Assembly: GCA_018400015.1 (NCBI GenBank)
Contig: JAGYNB010000001.1
Location: forward strand, 328,321 to 392,320
DNA length: 64,000 nucleotides
Direction of reading: 5' to 3'
Source of the DNA: Candidatus Omnitrophota bacterium
GTDB lineage: Bacteria; Omnitrophota; Gorgyraeia; Gygaellales; Gygaellaceae
Both the position numbers and the translations under genes were made by a program. Below are positions 19,219 to 31,044 of this stretch, one piece after another; within the stretch, counting starts at the first letter, position 1, and each line of letters opens with the position of its first letter. The notes under the pieces are model-generated. The model searched no databases and had not been told where the DNA came from. It saw only the letters and a program-made list of their open reading frames with translations.

Positions 19219-19260
19219 TCAATTAAACTAATGATTAAATAAGTGAGGAGAAATTGTTTT

Positions 19261-20412
19261 ATGAAAAAGAATTACCTTCTTACCCCCGGGCCTACGCCAT
19301 TGCCGCCTGAGGTAATGGAATCTTTAGCAAGACCAATAATTCATCACAGGACTCCGCAGTTTTTAAGTATTTTTAAAGAGGTTTGTGTTGGATTAAAATA
19401 CGTATTCGCCACAAAGCAGGATTGTTTTGTTTTTACGTCTTCGGGGACCGGTGCAATGGAATCAACTGTCGTTAATTTGCTATCGGCAGGTGACACAGCA
19501 ATATGTGTAAACGGTGGTAAATTCGGTGAACGTTGGGGTAAGCTTTGCCAGGCTTATGGAGTTGAGCCGGTAATTGTTGATGTCGAATGGGGCAAAGCAG
19601 TTGATCCAAAGGTAATTGAGGAAAAACTAAAAAATACAAAGCCGGCTCCCAAGGCAGTATTTACTACGCTTTGTGAGACTTCCACAGGAGTATCAACTGA
19701 TATAAGAGAGATTGCAAAGATAGTCAATAAAACCGATGCGGTTTTAGTTGTTGATGCCGTAAGCGGTCTTGGTGCTGTTCCTTGTTATACAGACGAATGG
19801 CAGATAGACGTAGTTGTTTCCGGTTCACAAAAAGGTTTGATGATTCCCCCCGGGCTTGCATTTTGTACTTTAAATGAAAAAGCCTGGAAGCTGGTTGAAG
19901 CAAGTAAACTCCCGAAATTTTATTACGACTATAAAAAATACAAGGCATCTTTAGCGAAAAACGACATGCCTTGGACTTCCGCGATTTCATTGATTGTTGC
20001 TTTAAATAGTGCTTTTAAACTTTTGCAGCAGCGGGGGTTAGAAAACGGTTTTAAGTATTACGAGGTGTTAGCAGATAGCGTAAGGGCCGCTGCTTTGGCT
20101 TTAGGATTAGAACTTTTTGCAGATGCGTCTTGCCGGTCAAATGCCGTTACTTCAATTAAGCTTCCCGCAAGCGTTGATGGAGCAAAGTTAGTAAAAATAA
20201 TGCGCGATGACTATGGCGTAGCAGTAGCAGGAGGTCAGGAACATTTAAAAGGAAAAATTATCAGGATTGCCCATATGGGGTATATCAATGAGTTTGAAAT
20301 AGTTTTATGCATCTCATGTTTAGAGAGAATATTATCTAAAATGGGGCATAAGATTGATTTGGGTGTTGGGGTAAAAGCCGCTCAAGAAGTATTTATTAAA
20401 AATTCGTTATAA
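19261..20412 (+). CDS. Class V PLP aminotransferase (alanine-glyoxylate/serine-pyruvate type), probable phosphoserine aminotransferase role
   Basis: LTPGPT, SSGTGAME, VDAVS, SGSQKG, RIAHMG; adjacent to serA. Confidence 0.88.
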   Translation: MKKNYLLTPGPTPLPPEVMESLARPIIHHRTPQFLSIFKEVCVGLKYVFATKQDCFVFTSSGTGAMESTVVNLLSAGDTAICVNGGKFGERWGKLCQAYGVEPVIVDVEWGKAVDPKVIEEKLKNTKPAPKAVFTTLCETSTGVSTDIREIAKIVNKTDAVLVVDAVSGLGAVPCYTDEWQIDVVVSGSQKGLMIPPGLAFCTLNEKAWKLVEASKLPKFYYDYKKYKASLAKNDMPWTSAISLIVALNSAFKLLQQRGLENGFKYYEVLADSVRAAALALGLELFADASCRSNAVTSIKLPASVDGAKLVKIMRDDYGVAVAGGQEHLKGKIIRIAHMGYINEFEIVLCISCLERILSKMGHKIDLGVGVKAAQEVFIKNSL

Positions 20413-20445
20413 TTTCTAACAAGTTTAACAAGATAGAGGAAAGTG

Positions 20446-22029
20446 ATGAATATTTTAATCAGCGATAAGCTGTCGCCGGAAGGTGTAGAGATTCTAAAGC
20501 AAGTTAAAGAATTTAAGGTAGACGTAAATACGGGCCTTAAACCGGATGAATTAAAGAAAATTATTTCCAAATACCATGCTTTGGTTGTAAGAAGCGGCAC
20601 TAAAGTGACAAAAGAAATAATCGATGAGGCCAAAAACCTTAAGGTTATTGGCCGGGCCGGAGTTGGACTTGATAACGTTGATTTGGCTTCTGCTACGGCA
20701 AAAGGTATTATGGTAATGAATGCTCCCGGAGGTAATACAATTTCTACAGCAGAACATACGTTTTCTATGGTTTTAGCGCTTATGCGTAATATTCCTCAGG
20801 CGCATGCCTCGATGCAAAAAGGAGAATGGAAACGCTCTGCTTTTATGGGTAAAGAAGTCTATGGTAAGACTTTAGGTGTAATCGGTTTAGGCAGAATCGG
20901 AACTGAAGTGGCTAAAAGAGCTTTAAGTTTCGGTATGAAGATTATTGCATTCGACCCGTTTTTATCTAAGGATAAGGTCGATCAGCTTGAAATTGAGTCA
21001 GTTACTTTGGATGATTTATTTTCAAGAGCTGACATAATCACCGTTCATGTTCCTTTGACAGATGATACCCGTCATATGATTAGCGAAAAACAGTTTTCTA
21101 TGGTGAAAAAGGGTGTGCGAATCGTAAACTGTGCGAGAGGTGGTATTGTTGATGAGACAGCTTTGGTAAGTGCCATTGAAAAAGAAATTGTCGCTGGCGC
21201 AGCATTTGATGTATTTGAATCTGAGCCGTTTGACAGTTCAAATGTTTTATTAAAGTCTGATAAAATCATTTTTACTCCTCATTTGGGCGCTTCTACTAAA
21301 GAAGCGCAGGTTAATGTTAGTATAGAGATCGCCGAATGTGTAAGGGACGCTTTACTCGACAAAGGCATTAAAAATGCTGCTAATTTTCCTAGTCTCGAAC
21401 CTGAAGCAATGAAGATTCTTATGCCTTGGGTGAATTTAGGAGAGCGCCTTGGCTTATTTCTGGGCCAGTTGATAGATTCTTCAATTAAAGAAATTATCTT
21501 AAGCTATAGTGGGTTTTTTACGCCGAATGATATAGCACCGATAAGCATGTCTTTGGTTAATGGATTGCTTAAACCTATCTTACAGGATACGGTTAATTTT
21601 GTGAATGCGATCTCCATAGCCAAAGGACGCGGAATAAAGATTACCGAACAGAGGTTAAGCGAAGAAAGCGATTTTGCCAATTTAGTTAGTTTAGAGGTAA
21701 AAACCGCACAAGGCATAAGAAGTATTGCCGGTACGCTTTTTGCCGATAAAGAACCAAGAATTGTAAAGCTTGATAATATGTATCTTGAGGCCGTGCCTAA
21801 AGGGTTTATGCTTTTAACCAGCAATGTTGATAAACCAGGAATTATAGGATCATTGGGCACTCTTTTAGGCAAGCGTGGAGTAAATATTGCCTGTATGGCT
21901 TTTGGCAGGACTACTCCAGGCGGACAGGCAGTAAGTATTATTAATATCGACAGCCGGGTAAGCGAAGAGATTCTTGCAGAAATAAGGTCTGTTAAAGATA
22001 TAAATTCCGTAAAGCTTCTTAAATTATAA
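20446..22029 (+). CDS. serA: D-3-phosphoglycerate dehydrogenase (type I, with ASB and ACT domains)
   Basis: GRAGVGLDNVD, GLGRIG, NCARGG, TPHLGAST, C-terminal ACT (DKPGIIG). Confidence 0.96.
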   Translation: MNILISDKLSPEGVEILKQVKEFKVDVNTGLKPDELKKIISKYHALVVRSGTKVTKEIIDEAKNLKVIGRAGVGLDNVDLASATAKGIMVMNAPGGNTISTAEHTFSMVLALMRNIPQAHASMQKGEWKRSAFMGKEVYGKTLGVIGLGRIGTEVAKRALSFGMKIIAFDPFLSKDKVDQLEIESVTLDDLFSRADIITVHVPLTDDTRHMISEKQFSMVKKGVRIVNCARGGIVDETALVSAIEKEIVAGAAFDVFESEPFDSSNVLLKSDKIIFTPHLGASTKEAQVNVSIEIAECVRDALLDKGIKNAANFPSLEPEAMKILMPWVNLGERLGLFLGQLIDSSIKEIILSYSGFFTPNDIAPISMSLVNGLLKPILQDTVNFVNAISIAKGRGIKITEQRLSEESDFANLVSLEVKTAQGIRSIAGTLFADKEPRIVKLDNMYLEAVPKGFMLLTSNVDKPGIIGSLGTLLGKRGVNIACMAFGRTTPGGQAVSIINIDSRVSEEILAEIRSVKDINSVKLLKL

Positions 22030-22032
22030 TTT

Positions 22033-23223
22033 ATGCGCAAGGTATTTTTTTTAGTTTTAATTATTTTCTTGTTGCCACTTGTGAGTTTTGCCCAGCCGCG
22101 GATTGAGCTTAGTACTGATAAGTTCAATCTTGGTCGCATTGAAGAAGGTAGGCTTTTCCCGGGTGAGGTTATTGTTAAAAATACCGGTTCCGAACGTCTT
22201 GATATTAAAATACGTTTGACTTGCGGCTGTGTGCAGGTTATTGAGCCACGTGTTACATCGTTTTTTTTGTCTGCAGATGAGTTTAAGGTAATAAAATTCA
22301 ATTTTGATTCCACAGGTTATCATGAAGATATTACACAGTATTTGATTTTAGATACTAATGATCCTGATAGGCCTTCTTTAAGAATCCCCGTTAAGGCATA
22401 TGTAGTGATGCAGGAGTCAAAGCAAGTTGATAAATTCAAACAATTAAACATGGCAATGGTGTTAGGTGCTGGGTTGGCCGATAGCGTTAATCCTTGCGCA
22501 TTTACAGTGTTGGTATTTTTTGTTTCTTTTTTAGGTTTTGTAGGGTACAAAAGAAAAGAAATACTTTTTGTCGGTTTTATATTTATCACTACTGTTTTTA
22601 TAACTTATCTTTTATTGGGATTAGGCGTATTTGAGGTTTTTAAGATGTTAGGTATTAATGTTTATTTGGAAATTACCATAGCTTTACTTACAATGATTTT
22701 AGCATTTCTACTGGCAGGTTTTAATATTTATGATTTCTTTATATTCAGAAAAACTAAAGATCCGCATAAGACAATTCTTAAATTGCCCGGTTCTGTTAAA
22801 AGCAAGATTCAAAATGTAATAAAGCAATCTACAGACATTCGCGAAAAAACCGGCTACAGCAAGAAGACTATTTTTGGAATGGTTGTTTCCAGTGTCGGCT
22901 GCGCTTTTTTGGTAACCGTATTTGAGTCAGTTTGTACAGGACAACTTTATTTGCCGACGATAGTTTTCGTAATGAATACTACGAGTACAAAATTACTGGC
23001 TTTTTTATACCTTGTGTTATATAATCTGATGTTCGTTTTGCCGTTATTTCTGATTGTTGTTCTTGGCGGTTATGGTTTAACCAGCGATAATTTTGCTCGT
23101 TTCAGCCAAAAGAATTTTGGTTTGATAAAAATTATTACAGCTGTTATATTCTTGCTATTAGGAGGGATACTCTTTATATGGAAAAAAGAAGATTTTGTTT
23201 ATTTGTTTTCTTTATTTGTTTAA
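22033..23223 (+). CDS. Membrane protein: DUF1573-like Ig domain plus CcdA/DsbD-like TM domain
   Basis: Signal peptide, LTCGC motif, then GLADSVNPCAF and ESVCTGQLY within about 6 TM segments. Confidence 0.7.
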   Translation: MRKVFFLVLIIFLLPLVSFAQPRIELSTDKFNLGRIEEGRLFPGEVIVKNTGSERLDIKIRLTCGCVQVIEPRVTSFFLSADEFKVIKFNFDSTGYHEDITQYLILDTNDPDRPSLRIPVKAYVVMQESKQVDKFKQLNMAMVLGAGLADSVNPCAFTVLVFFVSFLGFVGYKRKEILFVGFIFITTVFITYLLLGLGVFEVFKMLGINVYLEITIALLTMILAFLLAGFNIYDFFIFRKTKDPHKTILKLPGSVKSKIQNVIKQSTDIREKTGYSKKTIFGMVVSSVGCAFLVTVFESVCTGQLYLPTIVFVMNTTSTKLLAFLYLVLYNLMFVLPLFLIVVLGGYGLTSDNFARFSQKNFGLIKIITAVIFLLLGGILFIWKKEDFVYLFSLFV

Positions 23224-24092
23224 GTTTTTCTATTGCCTGGGCACAGGAAGACGTTAAAGACAATAGCGCCAAAGCTTATTATGAAAAAAGTTCAAAGAAC
23301 GGGTGCTCTAGCTGTAAGAAAAAAGATGCTAACTTGCCAGAGCTCGAACTCAACGTTATTTTATCCAGTAATTGCAAGACATGTTCAACGGGACCTTTTT
23401 TAAAACGGCTGGAAAATTATTTTTCAAAGATAAAGCTTAAGAAAATAGATATTAAAGATGCAAAAGACCTGGTAGAAAAAAGCGGTCTGAAAAGCCTTCC
23501 TATATATTTCATACAGAAAGAAACGGTCAAGTTAGATGATCTTGAGAAAATTAAGAATTTTCTTGAAGAGAAAGATTTTGGTTTTGTTTTTATTCCGCAG
23601 TTTTCCGGCATGACTTATCTATTGGATAGGCAGTTATTTAAAGGTAAGATTGATTTATTCTTAAGTATTTTCGATAAAGATACTGCTGAGATTATAAATA
23701 ATTTAAGACAGTTGAATCCTCGCGTGCATTTTCTGGCAATAAAACGCAATAACGAATTTATCGCCCGTGGCGGTTTAAGAGATTTAGAAGAAATCCGTAG
23801 AGCAGTATGCATACAAAAATATTATCCTAATGATTATTTTGATTATCTCTTATGCAGAGCGAATAATATTCAAAGCACTTGGTGGGATGAGTGTGTAGAT
23901 AATGTTGATTACGGAAGAATAAGGCAGTGTTCTTTAAGTGAAGAATCAGATAAGCTGCTGGAAGAGAATCTTAAGCTTGTAATGGAACTTAATATTTTTT
24001 CACAAGCAACTGTGCTGTTAGAGAACAAAGAATTGTTTCAGGTGTTAAAAGAGACTTCAGCAGGTGAGTTAGAGCAATTATTATCAAAATAA
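23178..24092 (+). CDS. Exported cysteine-rich protein, probable thioredoxin-fold
   Basis: Signal peptide, CSSC and CKTC motifs, further Cys in the C-terminal half; overlaps the CcdA-like gene. Confidence 0.55.
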   Translation: MEKRRFCLFVFFICLSFSIAWAQEDVKDNSAKAYYEKSSKNGCSSCKKKDANLPELELNVILSSNCKTCSTGPFLKRLENYFSKIKLKKIDIKDAKDLVEKSGLKSLPIYFIQKETVKLDDLEKIKNFLEEKDFGFVFIPQFSGMTYLLDRQLFKGKIDLFLSIFDKDTAEIINNLRQLNPRVHFLAIKRNNEFIARGGLRDLEEIRRAVCIQKYYPNDYFDYLLCRANNIQSTWWDECVDNVDYGRIRQCSLSEESDKLLEENLKLVMELNIFSQATVLLENKELFQVLKETSAGELEQLLSK

Positions 24093-25382
<1,290 letters not shown>

Positions 25383-25395
25383 TTCCCAAAAAAAG

Positions 25396-25424
25396 TTGAC
25401 TAATTTTTTTCTATATGGTATTTT
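25396..25424 (+). promoter_or_regulatory. Putative sigma70 promoter for hppA
   Basis: TTGACT-17nt-TATTTT with extended TGn; SD AGGAGG before the ATG. Confidence 0.5.
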
Positions 25425-25463
25425 AATATTTCAATTTAAATTATTAATTAAATAGGAGGAAGT

Positions 25464-27566
25464 ATGCCGAGTTTAGATATGTTGCTTTTAGCCCCCTTAG
25501 GTTCGATAACCGCGCTTATTTTCGCAGGCTATTTGACTATGATGATTTTAAAAAAAGACGAGGGTACGCCTAAGATGAAGGAAATCGCCCAGGCAGTAAG
25601 GGTTGGTTCCCGGGCCTATCTAAAAAGACAATACACAGGTGTTGCGATATTTTTCGCTGTTGTTTTCTTTATTCTCTTGTGGCTTGTTTTTAAAGGTTAT
25701 TTGGTTATATTTGTTCCTTTTGCTTTTTTAACCGGCGGTTTGTTTTCAGGTCTTTCCGGTTTTATCGGAATGACGATTGCAACTCAGGCATCAAACAGAA
25801 CTACAGCTGCATCTGAAATTAGCCTTAATTCCGGTTTAAGGGTGGCATTTTCAAGCGGTGCAGTAATGGGGCTTACTGTTGTTGGTTTAGGGCTTTTGGA
25901 TTTGAGTATCTGGTATTATTTTCTTGATTGGTATTATTCAACTCACGCGATTCCAATCGGTGCAGATAAAATAACCGCAATTACCTCTACCATGCTTTGT
26001 TTTGGTATGGGTGCAAGTTCCCAGGCGCTTTTTGCCAGAGTAGGCGGCGGTATATTTACTAAGGCTGCTGATGTTGGCGCAGATTTAGTCGGTAAAGTCG
26101 AAGCAGGTATTCCTGAAGATGATCCAAGAAACCCCGCAGTTATTGCCGATAACGTCGGTGATAACGTAGGTGATGTTGCCGGTATGGGTGCAGACCTCTA
26201 TGAAAGCTATGTCGGCTCAATCGTTGCTACAGCTGCTTTAGGTGTTGCTGCAGGTCTTGGTATAAAAGGAGTGACTGTTCCTTTGGTTATGGCAGCAGTG
26301 GGAGTTCTCGCTTCGATTATCGGAACGTTTTTTGTTCGTTGCGGCGAAGAGGCATCCCAGAATGTACTTTTAAAGGCTTTAAGAAAAGGAGTTTTTATTA
26401 GTGCGGCCATAGTTGCCGTTAGTTCGTTTTTCTTGATAAAGCATACGTTAGGAATAGAGCATATCGGAGTGTATTATTCTGTTATTGCTGGTTTATTGGC
26501 CGGAGTTGTAATTGGTCTTGCTACTGAATACTACACATCAAGCAGTTTTTCTCCCACCAAAAGTATTGCCCAGGCTGCTTTAACCGGTCCGGCAACAGTT
26601 ATTATCGCCGGAATTTCCGTCGGTATGATGTCAACGGCAATTCCCGTATTGATTGTCGGTGCTGCTATTTTGGCAAGTTTCTTTTTGTCTGGCGGTGCGG
26701 CTAATTTTAACGCCGGGCTTTATGGCGTGGGGATTTCCGCAGTGGGGATGCTTTCCACATTAGGAATCACTTTAGCTACTGATGCCTACGGTCCGGTTGC
26801 CGATAATGCCGGAGGCAATGCGGAAATGGCCGGGTTACCTAAAGAGGTGAGAAAAAGAACCGATGCTTTGGATTCATTAGGCAATACTACAGCGGCAACA
26901 GGCAAAGGTTTTGCAATTGGGTCAGCTGCATTAACGGCTCTTGCATTAATTGCCGCATACAAAGAACAGGTTGTTTTATTCGGAAAAGATATGACTTTAA
27001 GTTTGATGAATCCTAATGTATTGGTTGGGCTTTTTATCGGAGGAATGCTGCCGTTTTTATTTTGTTCCATGACTATGCGAGCAGTTGGACGTGCAGCGGG
27101 AAAAATTGTTGTGGAAGTAAGGCGTCAGTTTGCTGAGATAACCGGTCTTATGGAAGGAAAAGCAAAGCCGGATTATGCAAGATGCGTAACAATCGCAACT
27201 ATTGCTGCTCAACAAGAAATGATTGCCCCGTCATTGCTAGCGATTGTTGCTCCGATTCTGGTTGGTATATTCATAGGCGTAGAGGCCCAAGCTGGATTAT
27301 TGATTGGTTCTTTAGTGTGTGGTTTTGTTTTAGCTGTTATGATGGCTAACTCTGGCGGAGCATGGGATAATGCCAAAAAATACATTGAAGAAGGCAATTA
27401 CGAAGGCAAAGGTTCTATTGCTCATAAAGCAAGTGTGGTGGGTGATACTGTAGGCGATCCGTTTAAGGACACATCAGGCCCCAGCCTTAATATCTTAATT
27501 AAGCTTATGTCTATGGTTTCCATAGTTTTTGCATCGTTTGTTATCAGCAATACTTTCTTTAAGTAA
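25464..27566 (+). CDS. hppA: Membrane-integral pyrophosphatase, K+-dependent, probably Na+-translocating
   Basis: [41 protein letters not shown]; about 16 TM segments. Confidence 0.96.
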   Translation: MPSLDMLLLAPLGSITALIFAGYLTMMILKKDEGTPKMKEIAQAVRVGSRAYLKRQYTGVAIFFAVVFFILLWLVFKGYLVIFVPFAFLTGGLFSGLSGFIGMTIATQASNRTTAASEISLNSGLRVAFSSGAVMGLTVVGLGLLDLSIWYYFLDWYYSTHAIPIGADKITAITSTMLCFGMGASSQALFARVGGGIFTKAADVGADLVGKVEAGIPEDDPRNPAVIADNVGDNVGDVAGMGADLYESYVGSIVATAALGVAAGLGIKGVTVPLVMAAVGVLASIIGTFFVRCGEEASQNVLLKALRKGVFISAAIVAVSSFFLIKHTLGIEHIGVYYSVIAGLLAGVVIGLATEYYTSSSFSPTKSIAQAALTGPATVIIAGISVGMMSTAIPVLIVGAAILASFFLSGGAANFNAGLYGVGISAVGMLSTLGITLATDAYGPVADNAGGNAEMAGLPKEVRKRTDALDSLGNTTAATGKGFAIGSAALTALALIAAYKEQVVLFGKDMTLSLMNPNVLVGLFIGGMLPFLFCSMTMRAVGRAAGKIVVEVRRQFAEITGLMEGKAKPDYARCVTIATIAAQQEMIAPSLLAIVAPILVGIFIGVEAQAGLLIGSLVCGFVLAVMMANSGGAWDNAKKYIEEGNYEGKGSIAHKASVVGDTVGDPFKDTSGPSLNILIKLMSMVSIVFASFVISNTFFK

Positions 27567-27589
27567 TTATAAAATAAGAGGTTACAATT

Positions 27590-27620
27590 AGGGCATCCTT
27601 AAGAAAAGGGTGCCTTTTTT
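27590..27620 (+). terminator. Intrinsic terminator after hppA
   Basis: AGGGCATCCTT/AAGGGTGCCTT hairpin followed by a T run. Confidence 0.8.
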
Positions 27621-27633
27621 GTATCTTTTATAA

Positions 27634-27662
27634 TTGACAGTAAATACTCTATGCTATATAAT
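27634..27662 (+). promoter_or_regulatory. Consensus sigma70 promoter upstream of lysS
   Basis: Exact TTGACA-17nt-TATAAT. Confidence 0.8.
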
Positions 27663-27714
27663 ACTTTAGTTAAGTTATTTATTTAAAACCAGTTATCAAT
27701 CAAACAATAAAAAA

Positions 27715-29175
27715 ATGGAACTTGATCAAATTATTAGCCAGAGAATAGAAAAGCTTAAGAATTTAAAACAAAGCGGTTTTGATCCTTATAGTATAAAATT
27801 TGCCAAAGTCGATAGTATAAAGAGTTTACGAGATGAATTTCAAGAAGGTAAAGAAACATCAACTGCCGGAAGAATAGTTTCAAAGCGCTTACATGGCAAG
27901 GCTGGTTTTGCCAATATTAAGGATCAGTCAGGAAAAATACAAATTTATCTAAAAAAAGATATTTTAGGAGATGATAATTTTAAAATTGCTTCAAGCGCTG
28001 ATGTTGGGGATATTGTTGGCATAAAAGGAAAACTATTTATAACCCATACCGGTGAACAGACAATAGAAGTAAAAGAACTTTGTATACTCTCAAAAAGTTT
28101 AAGGCCTTTACCTGAGAAGTGGCACGGCCTACGTGATGTAGAAACTAGGTTCCGTGAGCGGTATGTTGATATTATCAGTAACGATGAAGTAAAAGATATT
28201 TTCTTAAAAAGAACAAAAATCGTTAGTTTAATCAGAAAATTCTTAGATGATAAAGGTTATATCGAGGTGGAAACTCCGATGATGCATGTTGTTCCAGGCG
28301 GCGCTGCCGGCAGGCCATTTAAAACGCATCACAATGAATATGATTTAGATCTTTATTTAAGGATCGCACCGGAATTGTATTTAAAGAAACTTCTTGTTGC
28401 CGGTTTTGAAAAGATTTACGAAATCAATAGAAGTTTTCGCAATGAAGGAGTTTCTACAAGACATAATCCTGAATTTACCATGCTTGAGGTGTATACTGCC
28501 TTTGTTGATGTTACTGGTGTTATGGCGCTTACTAAAGAATTAATCACAGGACTAGTAAAAGATATATTCAAAACGGAGAAAATAACATATCAAGGGAAAG
28601 AAATAGATTTTAGCAAATGGGAAGAGATTTCTTTTGCAAAGGTTATGAAGGACACTTACGGTATAGAAGCTGGCGATGAGCTTGATTCTTGGATAAGTAA
28701 GCTTAAGGCTAAGGGAGTAAAGGTAGAGTCAAAAAATATCTCTAGGAGTTTTGTTGCCAATTTAATCGCTGATTTACTTTTGCCGCGTGAGGACCATCCT
28801 GTTTTTATTACAGATTTATTCAGCGTGTTGTGTCCTTTGGCAAAGACAAAGCCGGACAATCCTCATTTATCGCAGAGGTTTGAGCTTTTTATTGGCGGAA
28901 TGGAAGTTGCTAATGCGTATTCAGAGCTGAATGATCCAATAGAGCAAAAAGAACGTTTTCTGCAGGAACTCAAAGATCTTGATAATGAACAGGCAAAAGA
29001 AAAATCTCTAGATGATGATTTTATTCGTGCGCTTGAATTTGCTATGCCTCCCGCTGGAGGTTTAGGTATTGGTATAGATAGGCTGGTTATGCTTTTGACA
29101 GACCAGGCATCGATAAGAGAGGTAATTTTGTTTCCTTTGCTGAGGCCGGAAAATAAACAGAATGCATCTATTTAA
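27715..29175 (+). CDS. lysS: Lysine--tRNA ligase (class II)
   Basis: RPLPEKWHGL, YLRIAPELYLK, FRNEG, GLGIGIDRL. Confidence 0.98.
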   Translation: MELDQIISQRIEKLKNLKQSGFDPYSIKFAKVDSIKSLRDEFQEGKETSTAGRIVSKRLHGKAGFANIKDQSGKIQIYLKKDILGDDNFKIASSADVGDIVGIKGKLFITHTGEQTIEVKELCILSKSLRPLPEKWHGLRDVETRFRERYVDIISNDEVKDIFLKRTKIVSLIRKFLDDKGYIEVETPMMHVVPGGAAGRPFKTHHNEYDLDLYLRIAPELYLKKLLVAGFEKIYEINRSFRNEGVSTRHNPEFTMLEVYTAFVDVTGVMALTKELITGLVKDIFKTEKITYQGKEIDFSKWEEISFAKVMKDTYGIEAGDELDSWISKLKAKGVKVESKNISRSFVANLIADLLLPREDHPVFITDLFSVLCPLAKTKPDNPHLSQRFELFIGGMEVANAYSELNDPIEQKERFLQELKDLDNEQAKEKSLDDDFIRALEFAMPPAGGLGIGIDRLVMLLTDQASIREVILFPLLRPENKQNASI

Positions 29176-30343
29176 GATTAGCTGGCGCTATCTATTTTCA
29201 AAAAGAAAAGGCGCTTTTATAAACCTTATTACGATAATTTCTATTTCAGGAATTGCTATCGGTGTTGCTGCCTTAATAATCGTAATAAGTGTGATGAATG
29301 GTTTCGATAAAGATTTAAAGGATAAAATTGTAGGCAGTAACGCCCATATTATTATTGAATCACCCGAAGGCTTGATTGGTTACAACAATTTAATAAAAAA
29401 GGTTGAATCTGTTGAGTACGTAGATTCGGCAAGCGCTTTTATTGGCGGCCAAGTTGTGTTTTTAAAAGATAAGAATGCTTTTGCTCTTAATCTTAAAGGG
29501 ATCGATACAGAAAAAGAAAAGAGGATCTCAAAGCTTGATCGCTATATAAAACAGGGTTCTTTTGACATATCTGAGAACGAAATAATTATTGGCAGGGAAT
29601 TAGCCCTCTATATGGGCATAGGTTTGGAAGATGTTATTAAAATTGTAAGTCCTGTTTTGCGCAAGACATTTGAATTGAAGGTAAAGGGTATTTTTTCTAG
29701 CGGTATGTACGATTATGATTTAAGCCTTGTTTTAGTTAATTTAAAACAGGCTCAGAAGATTTTTGGGCTTGGCGATATTGTAAGCGGTATAGGCGTGAGA
29801 ATAGATGATTTGTTTGCCGCTAAAAGAGCGCGAGAGTTAATTTATGAGGCAATCGGTACAAACTATGTTATTAAGACTTGGATGGAGATAAACAAGAATT
29901 TTTTTGCTGCTTTGAAGCTTGAAAAAATTACCATGTTTATAATACTTACTTTGATCATTCTTGTGGCTAGTTTTAATATAATTAGCGCTTTAATTGTAAT
30001 GGTGGTGGATAAAACTAAAGATATCGGTATACTAAAGGCGTTAGGGGTTACTGCAAGCGGCATAAGAAGGATTTTTACCATTGAGGGATTATTGATGGGA
30101 AGTTTCGGCATAACTGTTGGGTTAGGTATAGGAATTTTATTGTGCTGGCTGCTTGAGAAATATCAGTTTATTAAGCTTCCTTCTGAGATTTATTATATTG
30201 ATAAGCTTCCTGTTGCGATTAGGGTTTGGCCGGATATCGTTCTGGTAGTTGTTTCTGCTTTTTTGATAGTTTTAGTTTCTAGTTTTTACCCGGCATTTAT
30301 GGCATCACGTTTAAATCCCGTGGATGCGTTGCGTTACGAATAA
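29162..30343 (+). CDS. lolE: Lipoprotein-releasing ABC transporter permease (LolC/E family)
   Basis: SVMNGF, NFFAALKLEK, DIGILKALG, LNPVDALRYE. Confidence 0.9.
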   Translation: MHLFKISWRYLFSKRKGAFINLITIISISGIAIGVAALIIVISVMNGFDKDLKDKIVGSNAHIIIESPEGLIGYNNLIKKVESVEYVDSASAFIGGQVVFLKDKNAFALNLKGIDTEKEKRISKLDRYIKQGSFDISENEIIIGRELALYMGIGLEDVIKIVSPVLRKTFELKVKGIFSSGMYDYDLSLVLVNLKQAQKIFGLGDIVSGIGVRIDDLFAAKRARELIYEAIGTNYVIKTWMEINKNFFAALKLEKITMFIILTLIILVASFNIISALIVMVVDKTKDIGILKALGVTASGIRRIFTIEGLLMGSFGITVGLGIGILLCWLLEKYQFIKLPSEIYYIDKLPVAIRVWPDIVLVVVSAFLIVLVSSFYPAFMASRLNPVDALRYE

Positions 30344-30348
30344 ATAAT

Positions 30349-31023
30349 ATGATTAGAGCTATTGATATACATAAGAGCTATTTCGATGTCGGTAAAAAAC
30401 TTTCGGTTTTAAGAGGCGTAAGTCTAGAGATTAAGGAAAATGAGATCTTGTGTGTTTTTGGTCCATCGGGAGCTGGTAAATCAACGTTATTGCATATTTT
30501 AGGAGGACTGGATGTTCCTAGCAAAGGGAATGTAGAAATACAGGGAAAAGATTTATCTAAACTTAACGAAGAAGAATTAGCTTTGTTAAGAAATCAAAGC
30601 ATTGGGTTTGTTTTTCAGTTTTATCATCTTTTGGGTGAATTTAACATATTAGAGAACATTGCTTTGCCTGCTTTTTTAAAACAGAAAAAAAGAATCGGTT
30701 TTAGAAATGATATTTATAAAAGAGCAAAAGAACTTGTTAATCTTGTAGGCTTAACCGAAAGAGCCTTGCATATGCCTAAAGAGCTTTCCGGAGGAGAGAT
30801 GCAGAGAGTTGCCATAGCGAGGGCATTGATAAACGATCCGCGGATTTTACTTTGTGATGAACCTACGGGAAATCTTGATTCTGAAAACGGAATTAATATC
30901 TGTAATATTTTAAAGCGGCTAAATAAAGAAAATAATACTACTATAGTTTTAGTCTCTCACGATGAGAATATGAAGAGAATGGCTACAAGAACAGTTTTTA
31001 TAAAAGATGGATTGTTGAATTAA
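30349..31023 (+). CDS. lolD: Lipoprotein-releasing ABC transporter ATPase
   Basis: GPSGAGKST, GFVFQFYHLL, LSGGEMQR, DEPTGNLD. Confidence 0.9.
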   Translation: MIRAIDIHKSYFDVGKKLSVLRGVSLEIKENEILCVFGPSGAGKSTLLHILGGLDVPSKGNVEIQGKDLSKLNEEELALLRNQSIGFVFQFYHLLGEFNILENIALPAFLKQKKRIGFRNDIYKRAKELVNLVGLTERALHMPKELSGGEMQRVAIARALINDPRILLCDEPTGNLDSENGINICNILKRLNKENNTTIVLVSHDENMKRMATRTVFIKDGLLN

Positions 31024-31044
31024 ATTAAGAAACCGGAGGTTGTA

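Noticed and set aside
21504-22313. 269-aa antisense ORF over serA and the next gene
   Set aside because: Fully overlaps well-supported + strand genes and has no recognisable motifs; a shadow ORF
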